Counted from the stretch's first letter, positions 26,412-40,198 are shown. The stretch is 64,000 bases of DNA from Marsupella aquatica (GCA_973895155.1 OZ316895.1:24933730-24997729), one strand, 5' to 3'. Numbers and translations are program-made. Notes: generated by a model from the sequence alone, not told the origin.

Positions 26412-27853
26412 TTACTCTATTCTATTTAATAATTGTCCTAAGCCACTATTCATAACTAAAGCTGCAATATATGCAGGATTTTCTGTTGGTTTTCTAAAAG
26501 CCATACCATGGAGATGTTTGCCTTTGAATGCAAATAAATCACCATTATGCAAAGGTAATATAAATCCATGTTTGGCAAATACAAAATCAACTGGTGAAAT
26601 ATGTTCATCAGGGTGACTAGTATATGCTAGTGTCCACTCTGTGCTATCATTGTCCACATGAAAACGTGAACAATAATCTCTAGTAATGAATAGTTGATAA
26701 GCAGGAGGTCCCTTCTTCATGTGCTTATCAAAAAATGGTATCTCAACACCTTCCTTAATATATTGGGAAGTTTCTAAGTAAGGGTTACAACATCTAAGAA
26801 AAGTATGTAATAACGTAGGATAATATCTAAACCACATAGACATTAAAATTTCTACCACAGCCCCATGTGCAAATCGATCAATAAATCTACCAAAATCTTT
26901 TAAAGGTTTTGAAGCTTTTACTAACTTATTACTATGAGTGTAGAAAGATGTAACATTTTTTCCAGGTGTCCATGTATGGTGAAATGGACCGAACCCCACC
27001 ATTTCACTCATATAGGATGCTCTAGTTTTAGATCTTTTTGAACTTGGATGAGCACAAAAAAGATCTTTAAGATAAGTTCGCATCAATATAGTAAAAGATT
27101 TATGAACATCTTTAGGGCGAATATGGATACCCACTAGCTCACTTGAGATTTTATCATAGATCTCCGTAACCTGTTTTGTTTTTTGGATTTCAACGTAAGA
27201 AATTGGAAGCTCCCTATATATAGGTGCCTCTTCAATTTCAATTTCTTTCCCTTTGTTTTTCTTCTAGAAAGTATTTGTAATGTTTTTTCTAATTCTAAGC
27301 GATAAAAACATTCACCTTCATCATCAACTCTTCCCCAAAATCCTTGCACTAATTCCATTGGATTCACATTTCCCCACCAAAATTGGGAAATAATTTTTTC
27401 AAACACCATTTCTTTTTTCTCTAGCATATTTTTTTCTCTTTTTACACACTCTTCAATATAGGTAGATGACCTAAGAAAATGGATGTATTTTCTTATACTA
27501 TAGGGTACTGAATCTAAAGAATAATGATGATCAAGAATATCACAGATATTCTCCCATGCGCAAGAAGTAAAGGTTTTTGGTGGTCCAATTTCTTTAAATC
27601 TATAGTAAGCATTATATATCATTGCTTTCGATACAGTATGTTTAATATTCAATACATTTTGTACAAATGCTTGAAAAATATTATCTTCTTGAAGAAGAAA
27701 TAACATGGCAAACTTTTGTGAACGTGGATGCAATATCATGATCGCTGAAAAAATTTGAATGAAAACGTCCATTGCAAATTTCATTTTCTCATACTCATAT
27801 TTGCCATCTTCCTTCATTTGTTTGTTCACTTTCCAAAACTTTCGTTTTGCCAT
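26412..27853 (-). pseudogene. TET/JBP-like Fe(II) dioxygenase, copy A (~480 aa), split by a 1-bp frameshift in the homopolymer at 27179-27184
   Basis: Motifs MVGFGP, YQLFITRDYCSRFHVDND (HxD) and FVFAKHGFILPLHNGDLFAFKGKHLHG (distal His). Adding one A joins the two ORFs (SKKTKQVTEIYDKISSELVGIH), colinear with copy B. ATG preceded by the acceptor TTTTCAG. Confidence 0.72.
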
Positions 27854-27894
27854 CTGAAAAATTCCAAAAACATACTTTAATTTATACAGATATT

Positions 27895-28060
27895 TATTTC
27901 AAAATACATATCTCCAGTCAAACTATCTGGAACTATTAAATAACAATAACCAGAAAAGTATGCCAGATACATATTTCAAAATACATATCTCCGGCCAAAC
28001 TATCTGGAACTATTAAATAACAATAATCAGAAAAGCATGCCAGATATATATTTCAAAATA
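27895..28060. repeat. Tandem duplication of ~77 bp in the 5' intron of dioxygenase A
   Basis: TATTTCAAAATACATATCTCC..CAAACTATCTGGAACTATTAAATAACAATAA.CAGAAAAG occurs twice, plus a partial third unit. Confidence 0.85.
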
Positions 28061-29085
28061 AAGTCAATTGTTTAGTTTTATAATACATATGTTAGGCAAA
28101 TTCATAAGATAATAAGTAGAAAAATATACTCAATATTTGTTTTAAAATACTTATATTTTCTTTGCTTTATTTTATTTTTCCATGTCCTTCATGAATTATA
28201 CTTAAAACAAATAAATGATAGTAGGAACTCACCTTAGAGAAAATAAACGAAATTCAAGTATGATTTCCCAACTTCTAGGTTAGTATTTGGGGCTCCACGT
28301 AGCAACTTGAGCTGATTGCAAACAAACATCAAATTAATGCCAAAATGAGCTTGTACTTAACTAACAAGTTTCACTTGCTTGCAGTAAGTCCTTGAAGAAC
28401 AAAAGCCCTTAAGAATATACTCTGGCTCCCTTCTGACTGTACACATTTAACATAGGAAACTGGAACCTATTGTTGCCAAAGTGTTAGCATTTAGACTTCC
28501 AACCTAGCAAAGTACAAATGACATGCAAGACAAATGTTTACCTAAAAGCAAATAACTACTTTGTAGATTGTAACAGGGTATCCAAAAGAGACTAAAGTAA
28601 ACTCTGTGAGGTTAGGAACGTGAAAGAAACAATCATTGTATCACTAATTCTATATGAGCTGCACCCTACCAAAAATCAATCTAAGGACTGAATCAATGGG
28701 TGTGAACTTCCAATTAAAAGACATTTCAAAAATACCAACTAAGAAGCATACCATGTAAAGGTTGTGCTCAAAATCAACTAGCTTGTTGATGGGTGGTAGC
28801 AAGTGTTGTGGCAAAGTTGGTGTGCAACCCCGCTTGTTGAGAAGGAGAAGTAAAGCTCCAGAATGCCATATAACTCAACAATTGAATCAAGCGCCACAAT
28901 TTACGGGTACGTACTACTACGACGAGACTCATGCAAAGTGCCTGAAGTGTTGGGAGCTAGAAGATCAATGAAGGACCTTCTACTTATGCTGCGGCCCCAC
29001 TGAGTTGAGCTGAGCTCACCAGGGTCCTTTGCGTTGGAACAGATTGCAAAGTCCCTGAAGTGTGGGGAGAAGATTTGATTTATAA

Positions 29086-29409
<324 letters not shown>

Positions 29410-30910
29410 TGAGATTGTCTAGAGAGCTGCCAAGATTTCACGCTTATCTACATTGTTTTCATTGTGGTGAAGTGGGTTTGGACAAGTTTGGACAATTATT
29501 GCAAACTCCCAGAAGCATCTAATCAACTACAGTACTTCATCCACAGCACTTTCTCAGTTTCTCGTGCAGGTGCTCGTTGGTTGAATACTACTACAAAAGG
29601 CTGCCCGAGAAAGGCTGTTACGGAAGAAGATTAGAAGTAGACTGGGATTGAAGCACCACGATTTCAATGCAAGTCAATTTACAAGGGGAAAATCAAGAAA
29701 TTGCTATTGCAAATGACCTCAGTTCAATCAGCATGTCGGGCTTAAACATCGTCAATTCCACAGACAGACCGAAGACACGGAAGAAGGAAGACAAGAGCGT
29801 CACAGACTGCCAAAGACCACATAGATGACACACAGACCTCTCAGTTTGTCGTTTGATTACACTCCAATTCCTGTACATTGACCTAGAGGCAATGAAATTT
29901 CCAGCACCAGACATATACCCACCAAAGATTCTGCTGCAGCATTCCGCGAGCAAAATACTGTTCGTTTTACACAATTCCCTCAAGGAAGAAATCGAAAGAC
30001 TGGCCGGGGAAGATCAGTATCACTTGCGTCGGACTTAGTCCAACAAACAAAGAACTGGGAGCTCGACTGGTAGGCATACTCGCACAAGAAAGCCTAAAAT
30101 CTAATGCAGCCCAAAACGAGTATGCGATCTTTGAAAGGATCTGGATGCAGCTATTGCAACTGGAGAGAATAAATTGCTGTTGAATAAAATTACAAAGTCC
30201 AGGGAAGTAGGGGAATTCGATAGAAAGCTCAACCAGGTAAGAGTCAGACAGAGCAAGACCACAATCGAGAAACAGAAACACGACCGTAGGGCATGAGTGA
30301 CTCAAGGACAGGATATCTACAAATTGTCCCGTGTCTCTCCCTTTCTCTTTTGTTATTCCACCAACGAACCCAGCAACGCACGCTTGGTCCTCATTTACAG
30401 GGAAATCCTCCACAGGATTAGGAAAAGGGACAAAAAGGCAGCAGACGAAGCCGCAATTCAAATGATGCATGATGTGCTTGCCACAAGTAAACGTCATCTT
30501 CGTCTTCAACCAAACCAAGATTGCACCCCGAGAAACAAGCATTGTTTGTCAAAGCAAGATTTAGGGGATCGAGAGAGCACAGACGGATTACCGTTTATCA
30601 ATTCAAAAGCTTCAGGTAGAAATGACCCCCCTATATATTTCCCGGTCTTTAGCTGAGCAAGAGTGAGGGAAGATAGCAGTGTCATTTTTATCAATGCACA
30701 AGGTTCACGGAGAAATTGAATTACCTCTCTCAGTTGACGACGGCGTGGCTGGCTGGCTTGCTGGCCCGCTGATGAACGAGCTAGAAGTGCCTGTGAGTTC
30801 CAAAGGAACGTTGTCTACAACTCCCACTATCAACTGGTACGAGTATCTTAAAATTCTGCAAATGTCGGGAGCAACAGAAATATATGCCTGCCAACATACT
30901 ACAACGACGA

Positions 30911-31109
30911 CGAGCACCTCTTGCTGATGGTACAAACTCTATCGATCATAGGCTACAGAAGCACATAGTAGGCGAGCACCTCCGCGAGCACCTCTTGCTG
31001 ATGGTACAAACTCTATCGATCATAAGCTACAGAAGCACATAGTAGGCGAGCACCTCTCGCCGATGGTACAAACTCTATCGATCATATTAAGCTACCGAAG
31101 CACATAGTA
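30911..31109. repeat. Three tandem copies of a ~62-73 bp unit
   Basis: CGAGCACCTCT..GATGGTACAAACTCTATCGATCATA..CTAC.GAAGCACATAGTA occurs three times. Confidence 0.9.
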
Positions 31110-31444
31110 TTGTACCGCTATTATGCCACCCAAGTCTGATTCCAAGTGAGATACTAATGAAGCCTGTACAATTGATCCCCGCTAACTAGTAGTATATATA
31201 TGATTAATCTTGTGCTACACATGCAGAAATTGTAGTGACTTCGTGCTACCTAAACCTGATCTGAGAAAGAAGGTCATGCTTGCCTCGTGGAGTTTTGTTA
31301 GTTTAATTAAGATTATGCTAGTGAGTATCAAGTGCCTTGTCCTAACCAATCTATGTCCCCGGTTATCCCCAGCACAACACCGCTAATTAAAGTAGCCAGA
31401 AAGACAAACCGCCCCCCAAAATAACAAGGTAATGTCCCTGCTGG

Positions 31445-31695
31445 GAGCATATACCTAACAAAGGCTAGCGCTGATTAAGGGTTGCTGTTTTTGTCCCCTC
31501 TCAAGTTTGTTTTGGCTGGTTCTATTCTAGGCTTGAGCATATACGTAACAGAGGTTGCTGTTTTTGTCTCTCTCAAGTTTGTTTTGGCTGGTTCTATTCT
31601 AGGCTTGAGCATATACCCTAACAGAGGTTAGCGCTGATTAAGGGTTGCTGTTTTTGTCCCCTCTCAAGTTTGTTTTGGCTGGTTCTATTCTAGGC
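31445..31695. repeat. Three tandem copies of a ~72-90 bp unit
   Basis: GAGCATATAC..GGTTGCTGTTTTTGTC..CTCAAGTTTGTTTT.GGCTGGTTCTATTCTAGGC occurs three times. Confidence 0.9.
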
Positions 31696-33232
31696 CTTGA
31701 GAGCTGGCAGAATACCTGTGGGACTGGGAGCCGGAGCAGCGATGGCTGCAGTTGCTGCCTTCATTGATGCCGGTGGTCAAATGACTCAAGTACCGACAAG
31801 AAGAGAAATATCTAACACACCCAAGAGAGGCGGAGACCCGGGCGGTCCGGGCGGAGAAGTACAACATCCTAGCCGCAGCTGACAAAAGTGAAATCTAGTC
31901 CTTCAGAAGACTTATTAGCTCTCAGTAATGTTCATTGCAGTTGCCCGAGTTACATGCACAGCTGTGTCAATTGATGTTGTTACTCATTTATTTCCAGAGC
32001 TGTATTTGAATTTTCAGCTCATTCTGACGATGCTTGAACCACGAGAATTCCTTGAAGTTCAATAATAGAGCTTTAGTACTCTGTTTGATCTAGTTCAAAG
32101 CAAATGCTCTCTCCACAAGCAATGTCTCAGTGGATGCACATACTGATAAGGACTAGTCAAGCGAGAGCAAGAAGATAGTTCCTTAGACGGACCAAGAATG
32201 GTCTCAGTGCGCTGAAATGCAGATAGGGGTTAGTCAACCGAGAACGAAAGGATAGTTGCTTAGACGAACCAAGATGTACTTCTGCCGGATTGGTACGGCC
32301 CGTGTACCTTGCATTACAATAATGATGAAATTGTGGATCTATGAATCAGTTGTTGGTGTACAAACAAAAGAACCAAAAATAAAGATTGTCGTCAATTGAG
32401 TGGCATTATTTGTCTTTATATGTTTGTAGTCTCTAATCATTTTAGCGAGCACTGTACTGACGTGGGGTCAATATACTGAAGGCGGCCTCTATAGTAGAGT
32501 GATCAATCAACAAGACGCAGTTTAGCAATTGCAGCTCATACGCATTTTGGCAATTGCAGCTCATACATCCCAATTTCTACTTTTGAAGCTCCAAGGTCGA
32601 TCTTAAGTGCCCAGCACATTGAAGCCAACTAAATCTCAAGTCCGCGGTTTCAAAAAACAATTGTCAGCCAATGTGGCCCACCGAATGAAGCTGCCGCGAA
32701 TTTGATTACATCCCCCCCTTCCCTTTCTACTGCCTTCTATTTAAAGAAGCAAATCTGGCCGCTGCTCTAGCACAACGCTGCTTGTGTTTACATTTCCTTT
32801 GCCGATTCCCGATTTTCAGGGTCCTTCTCCCCGGCCTCCTGTGTCCGAATCTCCACTCTTTAACCCATTGTGCATGCACGGAGCTTCTCCTAGAAATATC
32901 ATCTTCTTGTTCTGTCGTTTACCTTCATTGGATTATCTTAGTCCAAAACAACATAACAACCCGAAAGGGAATCCCAGGCTTCCCAAGCATAGCAGCAGAA
33001 GGCTGGAGAGGAAAGATGATGAGCATACTGATAACATAATGACAGGCTCTGTGCAGCCACCTTGTCCCACCCCCTTAGCCTCAAAAATAATATGTATAGA
33101 ATTGCATTCCACCATTACACATGCGTCTTACAGGCACCCTAGCTAGGCGCAATGCACACCTTTGACCCACCTTCATAGGGCCAACATAAATCCTATATAC
33201 TAACAATATTTCTCTCTCTTACAGCTGACAAG

Positions 33233-33470
33233 CTGACCTGCTTTACGGACTCTCCTGATGTGTGAATTTTTCTTTCGTTCGGGAAGGGTGGGTGGCAGGG
33301 GGAGGTTGAGAGGCAATCAAAGGCCAAAACTTTTGCTAAGCTTTTTCTCTTTCTTACAACTGACCTGCTTTACGGACTCTCCTGATGTGTGAATTTTTTT
33401 TCCTTTCAGGAAGGGGTGGGTGAGAGGGGGAGGTTGAGCTGAGGAGGCAAGAAAAGGCCAAAACTTTTGC
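33233..33470. repeat. Tandem duplication of ~127 bp
   Basis: CTGACCTGCTTTACGGACTCTCCTGATGTGTGAATTTT...GGCCAAAACTTTTGC at 33233 and 33360. Confidence 0.85.
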
Positions 33471-33989
33471 TTCAGTGCCAAAGGCCGAGAGTCAGGGGAG
33501 AAAGGCCCAGATCAATCCATATGGGGAAACCACGGTACCTAGACGCCAAAGAAACAACATATAACAATAGGATGTAGGATCGGGCATCCCGACCAAGCTA
33601 AGCAGACCCAAAGTCTTGGGGGGATTGAACCGAAGAGTGTGCTGACCAAGTTGCAAGATCATGCACCTTGTGGAGAGTGAATTAAACCTTGATGATCCAT
33701 TGCCTAGAAGTCCCGCTTTTGAGAGAGTTAGATTGTTCAAAAGTAATTAGATTTGTCGTGCCTCTTATTGTGCGCCAGTGGAGCTGAATGCTTCAAAGTG
33801 TGGACCTCGGACGCTCACCGAAGCGGCTACATTGAAGTGCAGATTCAGCACTCGTAGTACGTCTAGCCACAGAGATTTGACTGCTGTAACTGAGTGCATT
33901 CTATGCTCAAGCTGAGCGATCCGGGCTGAAACCCGAAGTGCCCGCTTTTGACTTCATTGATATCCTGTAAATTGACTTCAAATACGTAC

Positions 33990-34632
33990 CTCGTACAGTA
34001 TTTGAAGATGGGGCCATGCCGGTTCTAAGGTTGGATCCTCCTCTTTGGGATCAAAGTTATCAACTCCGGTATTTTCATGAGAGGAGGGGGGTAGCGTACG
34101 AAACAGGCTTGTTACATGCATTTTGGTGATATCTTCGAACACAGCCTCCGTGAACTTCCCTGTTCCCGATGTTGCATCTTCCATCAGCTCCACTAAGGTT
34201 TGCTTCTTAATCTCTTTGTCATTGACATTCTTTGTCGGGTCAGTGAAGTCAAAAGTGTAACAGCAAAGATGGAGCTGTTAATGAACAAGTTCTGCCTGTC
34301 AGAATTTGGAAGGTCTTTGAAAGCAGGCAGAGGATAGAAAAAGGGACCTCAACCATTGTGAGTCAAGTTTGGTAACAACTTCTCCTTTCCTGGTCCAAAT
34401 CTTGGGGTACCGATGCCGTTGATCAAAGCGTTATTCCTGCTACTGGGGCCTACAGCAGCCCTAGCTCCCGCAGCAGATTAACTAAATATGCAGCAGCCGG
34501 GGCTGGGGCCAGAGCTGCAGGTCCAACCCCTCCAGTTGTTGAGGCGCCTACAGATCCTGGTTCATTGGGGTCATTCGGCCCATTACTCCCTTTGTTGCAA
34601 ATCGGCAGGCGCTTCGATATTTTGTTAATCAT
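33990..34632 (-). pseudogene. PP2A B' (B56) regulatory subunit, first exon only, with frameshifts and stops
   Basis: LPAFKDLPNSDRQNLFI / LHLCCYTFDFTDPTKNVNDKEIKKQTLVEL...LFRTLPP...FDPKEEDPTLEPAWPHLQILYE, followed by the donor GTACGT at 33989. No downstream exons seen. Confidence 0.92.
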
Positions 34633-37266
34633 ACCTCAGCGCCTACCCTTGCCCCATCGCCTCTATCTTAGAGCAAGATGAGCACCCGCATACGACTAAT
34701 GTCTACCCAACACTCCCCCTTTCTATTTGGCCGCGCCAGCAGCCAGCCATGCATTTGCAGCAAGGTGCAAATTGGCATGACCAACATGACACAATAGTGT
34801 GAAGTATTTCGAGATCAAAATTCTTCTCGAATCTCCAATGTGTAAATGCGCACTCTGTACGGGGCGAAATACTTCTCCTTCAATGTCTGTCTAGGTTGTT
34901 TCGAGCTGCTGCAGTTGTACTCTTCCCTATAAGCTGTGCTCTTGTCATTGGAAATGGAATGTGATTTCGTGAATGCCTTCTGCATATGAGGGCTAGGGAC
35001 ATCTACGATATTTTCTGTAGATGGCAATTTAGGAAAACATAAGAAATGATGGTGGATATGTGCTCCTGTGTCGTAATTGTTTTTGTTTAGCTACAAAATA
35101 ATGTTCTGGACCTAATTCCGACTTTCTATCCAGTTGACTTGGTTTAGAAGATGCTATTGGCTTGGTGGTGCATAAAGATCAACGCAATAAACTATCTTCT
35201 GCTACAGTTTAGTTCCTGGCCATATCATGATCGTTTATTAAGATTAATGGAGTCCCTTACCATGTGAGAAATCAGTCGGTGCTTTCATCTCCACAAGATT
35301 TAGAGGTCTGTGTTTCTGAGGTGTTGTCAACACTATACTGCCATAGCAGCCCACTTATTATCCAAGGTTTCAGATTTCAAGCTGCCTGATTTTGGGGATT
35401 ACTCCTCATTGTGAATAAGAGCCTCGACGTTTCAGATTAGGTCGGTCGTGGTCTGCAGAATGCGGTGAAAACTACTTCTCTCCTCGTCTATAACGTTTGT
35501 AATCTAAGTTGAATCATTATTACTGGAACTCGGTCACTAGCCAATTTCAGAACAACCTTTCGTACGTGGGCGACTTCTTGCAGTATTATTGCAGAGTCTC
35601 AATCTGCTCTTCATTGAAATTAAGATGTGGGTACGATTCTTGCCTCAGCTCAAAACAAGGCAAATCAAACAAAACTTCTTGTCTGGAGACTCCAGACAGT
35701 ACGATTATGTAAGTGACAGCTCAAAACAAGGCAAATAATTACAGAGGCACTCATGAGATCGATAGGCATGGGGCCGGGTCCCATCTGGTGCCGCGAACGC
35801 TTCCCAAAAAAGGTTATTTTCCTAAATCATGGATCTGAACCTATTGGTGTAAGTATGGTTCGCGCTTGTCTTGCTGGTAGACGAGCTAGACTGCAGCGGC
35901 CGATGAGGACGCAAAATTCCTTCATTTATGCCATCACAAATTGGCAAGCTGGTGTAGGGCTCTGAATCAATTGAGTAGCTAGACAAAGTGCCGTCAACCT
36001 GATCAAAACTGGGGTCTCCAGTAAAATTACAAGGTGGGATTTGGAGTATGCCTAAGGTGCCGTGTTGTATTAATCCGAATGGCTACTAACTCCAGCCGTA
36101 AACTTATGTCTATTGATATGGACCTACTCTAAATGATCTGTACAAAGCTTTAGTCAAAATGCCCCTCATGTCCTTTAGTTCAAGGACGTTCTTAAGATAT
36201 TCATAGGACTATCTCTTTTCCGCATACACTTAACATAGAGTTTCGGATATCATCACAAGTCTACCTCAGTCACTGAGCTAGGACAAAATGTCAACAGAAG
36301 TGGTAGAGGCAAGACGTGTAAAATCCGTAAACATGCACCTTCAGTGAGGCAGACTTAGTTCAATTTTTCCTTCCGATCTGCTATGAAAGCTGGTTGGCAA
36401 CCTGTCGCTTTAAGAGGACCAAGGCACTTTAGATCTTGATTTCACAAATTCTGATACAATTGACGCTGGTTTCTGATCATGGGGCACCGGCGAATGAAGG
36501 TGCAATGGTCCAGTAAAACAGACTGACCAACGACTCGATTTCTCCATTGGTGATAGCTTGAGAAGGAAACCCGCAGATAGTACTGCCAAATGTTACTAAT
36601 TGACACAGAGGTCAGAATCGAGTTACAAATCTCAAAGTCTGATTTGTATCGCTCCTTGCTTTCCTGCCCAGCTGATCGTCCGTCAACAGAACGAGTACTG
36701 TAGTAGTAGCGATCTCTCAACAACACAACCCACCAGGCTTGGGAGAAGGTTACAGCTACTGTGAAGGAATAGCTCCCAAAACATGGTAAACACGTCACTC
36801 GTGATGTCGTGCAATCCAACTTTATAGCGGACAGCTAATGTGTCAATTGACTAAATTGAGCTTTTGTTTTAACGTCTTTTAGCAAAAAGGGAGTCATTCA
36901 GCGGGCGTTGGCTTTTGCTTTTTAAACCACGGCGAAAGACCAAAAAGAGTCATAAGCTCGGATGGGATGTTGAAAGAATCATGCATTCGTAGAGGATATC
37001 CATGTAAACTTTTAAACTCCCATGTCATTCCAAAATGCACTTTGTGTGAAAATAAAGAATTCTTTACTCTAAATCTTTGTCATCCTAGTCAAAATGTATA
37101 TTTTCATAAATCCCTGTAATCTTGGGAATTCTCGGACCATGTGAATTCATATAACACCGCTGTGTTGTATAGATTCATAAGACAAATGGTCAGTGGAACT
37201 TTAGGGTTCATAAAAGTTTAGAGACATAAAAGTGTGCTTTTGGTTCTCTCTGGCAAACTACAACTA

Positions 37267-37935
37267 TAATAGAAACAAGTAAGAAAGTGAAAATAGTAGG
37301 AGGAAATGTAGAATGTGAATTTGGTTTTTCTTTTCTACTTTTATATGTAATTCTTGTATGATTGAGTCCGGGTCAAACAGCCCCCTGCCTTGCAACATGA
37401 GTGCCGGAATGCCCTCATCTCAATCATTAAAATGTAAGTGTCAAGATATATTAACTTTTTTGAGCTGCCCCCCTCCTTCTTTAGAAATAATATGATACCA
37501 TAATAGAAACAAGCAGGAGAGGGAAAACAGTAGGAGGAAATGTAGGATGTGAATTTGGTTTTTTTTCTTTCTACTTTTATATATAATTTTTGTATGATTG
37601 ACTCCGGGTCAAACAGCCCCCTGCCTTGCAACATGAGTGCCGGAATGCCCTTATCTCAATTGTTAAATGCAAGTGTCAAAATGTGCCAACCTTTTCCAAC
37701 CACCACCGCCCCCAGAAATATTGTGATACCCTAAGACGAAACAAGTACATGGGAAGGTGAAAATAATAGGAGGCAATAAAGGATGTGAATTTAATTCTTC
37801 CTTTAGAACTACTTTTATATGTAATTCTTATCATAATTGAATCCAGGTGAAACAGCCCCCTGCCTTGCAACATGAGTGCTGGAATGCCCTCATGTCAATC
37901 ATAAAATGCAAGTGTTAAGATGTACTAACCTTGTC
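37267..37935. repeat. Three diverged tandem copies of a ~235-bp unit
   Basis: Core AAACAGCCCCCTGCCTTGCAACATGAGTGC.GGAATGCCCT near 37375, 37611 and 37850. Confidence 0.9.
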
Positions 37936-38821
37936 AAGCCTTCCAGACCCGTTAGAAACAATGGCCAATTCTGCAATTCACTCTCCTTGTAATGGACCTA
38001 CAAGCGGGCCTACAAGAATCAGACAGGGTATTCAAAAAAATCAGTTTCACATGTGCTTATTTCAATGGTCTGCATGGGTTGTGTCATGGCAAACCAAAAT
38101 GGCTTAGAAGATTAGTTTGGACAACATTCAATAATTTGATGACTGGAGGTGTTCACGCAAATCAAGTGTAACTATGCCCTTGATGAGTTTGGATGCCCAC
38201 CTATATAGAATCTCTACAGTTGTATCTTCAGCCCATGGGAAGCAAGTAACAAGCCCAATAAGGGTGATTTACTAAACAAGGTGAAGTTGCCTGTATGTTT
38301 CTTCTACAAAGTCATACAATGAATGCATACCACTAACCCCACAAGAATAAGACCATTTTCCGGACATCCACACCCACCCTTGTCCTTTGGGGTTTGCAAC
38401 TTGTGGTTGGTGCCTCATCATCAAAGTGTTTGTTACTCTCAAGGGTACGTGTGCTGATCATGTCAATTCCACCTTTGAGTTGATTTGTTTGAGTTCTTCT
38501 ATCTTGCAAAACCTCCCCATTTCAATATATCACCCCCATAACAAGTAACATGCCTTACCTTTCACACCTCAACATGCCCAATATTGCAAAGTCATGATGA
38601 CAACATTCCATTTTTCAACGAGATTATGCCAAACCCTTACTCTTCTTGAAAGAATCGCTAAAATGACGTCAGAATCTGAATTTCAATACCAAATATAATG
38701 ATGACCAGGCTAAATCCAAAATGACCATGGTGTCATCTCCACCCTACGAGCACTCACCACTTTGAGTAGCCCCTCCAAGCGCTCTCAGCTTGCCCCGGGA
38801 GAGCACATCTACACAATAATT

Positions 38822-40198
38822 TTAATGTAATTTTTGCATCAGTCTGCTGAGGTTTTTATTCACGGTAATAGCTCCAACATATGCAGGATTCGATGTTTTC
38901 ATTCTAAAGCCTGTACCATGAACAACATCGCTCCGAAATGCAAATAGATTTCCATCTCTAATTGGCAATCGAATTCCATACTCTGGAATTACAAAATCGA
39001 TTGCTGAAAGGAAATGGTCAGGATGACTAGCATACGCTAAGGTGAAGTCAGTTGCATCATCATCAGCATGTGTTTGCACACAATAATCCTCACTTATATA
39101 TAATTGGTAAGTACTAGGTCTAACATTCTCCCCTATCTGCTCTTCACTTCCATGATATTTGTCACCATCAGATGATAGTAAGTACGGATGAGAGTATTCC
39201 AAAAAACACTCTATCATCTCTGGGCACCACCACATATAAAGCCCCAATATAATATCCATAAGTTCAATATGTGAATATTTATCGATCCACTTCTCAAAAT
39301 CTTTGACATCAAGGCAATCATCGAAAATGGTATTCATCTTCTTCTGGTGTGTGTAATAAGTCAAACGGCCACCCATGTAACTGCTATTCCAAGGACCATA
39401 TCCTGTCATGAAGCTGTCAAAAGCTTTTTTCCCCTCGCCTCTTTGAAATGGAGAATGAGCAACAAACAATGCACTCAAAAGTTTTCGAATGAATTGTAAT
39501 GTTGTCACTCCCAATATTTGTTGGTGCATAAGCATTGCTACAAGCCAAGGCTTTTTCCCTGACTTGTCGTAAAAGTAAACAATATTTTCAGATTTCTCTA
39601 TCACTAGAAAATTTGATGGATAACGCTCAAATGTGAATGTAAGATTACTATGATTGGTTTTAGTCATGTCTTCATTCCAATTTCCCATTATCACTCCAGT
39701 CAATTTTTTCAGTTGTGATTTTGATATTTGTTGCACTTCTACTTGTGTTGAAGAGAATGTATTGTCAACTTTACAAGAAGCTACCCTCTCTACTTGTAAG
39801 GTACGGAGTTGGGATAGGTTAAGGATGTGAAATTTTCCCATGAATTTTTTCAATAGTGGAGGCAATTTTTGTCTCTGTTGATGATGATGAAAGATTTTCT
39901 CGGTTTGTTGAAGTGTTTGAAGAGGGAGAATTGGTGAAATTGCACTTCTGCAGTTGTTATACCCATTCAAAAATTTAGCTCTTGAAAAATTGGACACATT
40001 TATTTGTAAAATGTGTGTAACAAAATATACAAAAATATTTTCATTTTTTAAAATCCAATATAAAATAAATTGTTGTTTAGATTCACATAATTTGCTTAGA
40101 TAATCCCATATTGAACAAAATGTTATGATAGAAAATTCGGCGCCATATTCATGAAATTTATTTTCATTTTTTCTCCTCTCCCTTCGTTTATGGAGCAT
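38822..40198 (-). CDS. TET/JBP-like Fe(II) dioxygenase, copy B (458 aa, intact)
   Basis: Uninterrupted AT-rich ORF from the ATG at 40198 (after acceptor TTTGCAG). Motifs FMTGYGPW, YQLYISEDYCVQTHADDD (HxD) and FVIPEYGIRLPIRDGNLFAFRSDVVHGT (distal His). Clearly paralogous to copy A. Confidence 0.78.
   Translation of the reverse strand: MLHKRRERRKNENKFHEYGAEFSIITFCSIWDYLSKLCESKQQFILYWILKNENIFVYFVTHILQINVSNFSRAKFLNGYNNCRSAISPILPLQTLQQTEKIFHHHQQRQKLPPLLKKFMGKFHILNLSQLRTLQVERVASCKVDNTFSSTQVEVQQISKSQLKKLTGVIMGNWNEDMTKTNHSNLTFTFERYPSNFLVIEKSENIVYFYDKSGKKPWLVAMLMHQQILGVTTLQFIRKLLSALFVAHSPFQRGEGKKAFDSFMTGYGPWNSSYMGGRLTYYTHQKKMNTIFDDCLDVKDFEKWIDKYSHIELMDIILGLYMWWCPEMIECFLEYSHPYLLSSDGDKYHGSEEQIGENVRPSTYQLYISEDYCVQTHADDDATDFTLAYASHPDHFLSAIDFVIPEYGIRLPIRDGNLFAFRSDVVHGTGFRMKTSNPAYVGAITVNKNLSRLMQKLH

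Noticed and set aside
27134-27853. A separate 239-aa gene overlapping a 240-aa gene
   Set aside because: Alignment to copy B shows one gene broken by a 1-bp indel.
29853-30935. Several short ORFs as hemerythrin-like or kinase fragments
   Set aside because: No convincing motif. They may be further cargo but cannot be named without a search.
35509-36819. Shared QYYxRVS peptide in opposite-strand ORFs at 35509 and 36442
   Set aside because: The match is too short and the surrounding frames contain stops, so chance cannot be excluded.
37990-38810. Decayed Trp-rich minus-strand frame, possibly a LINE remnant
   Set aside because: Many stops and no diagnostic RT or endonuclease motif.
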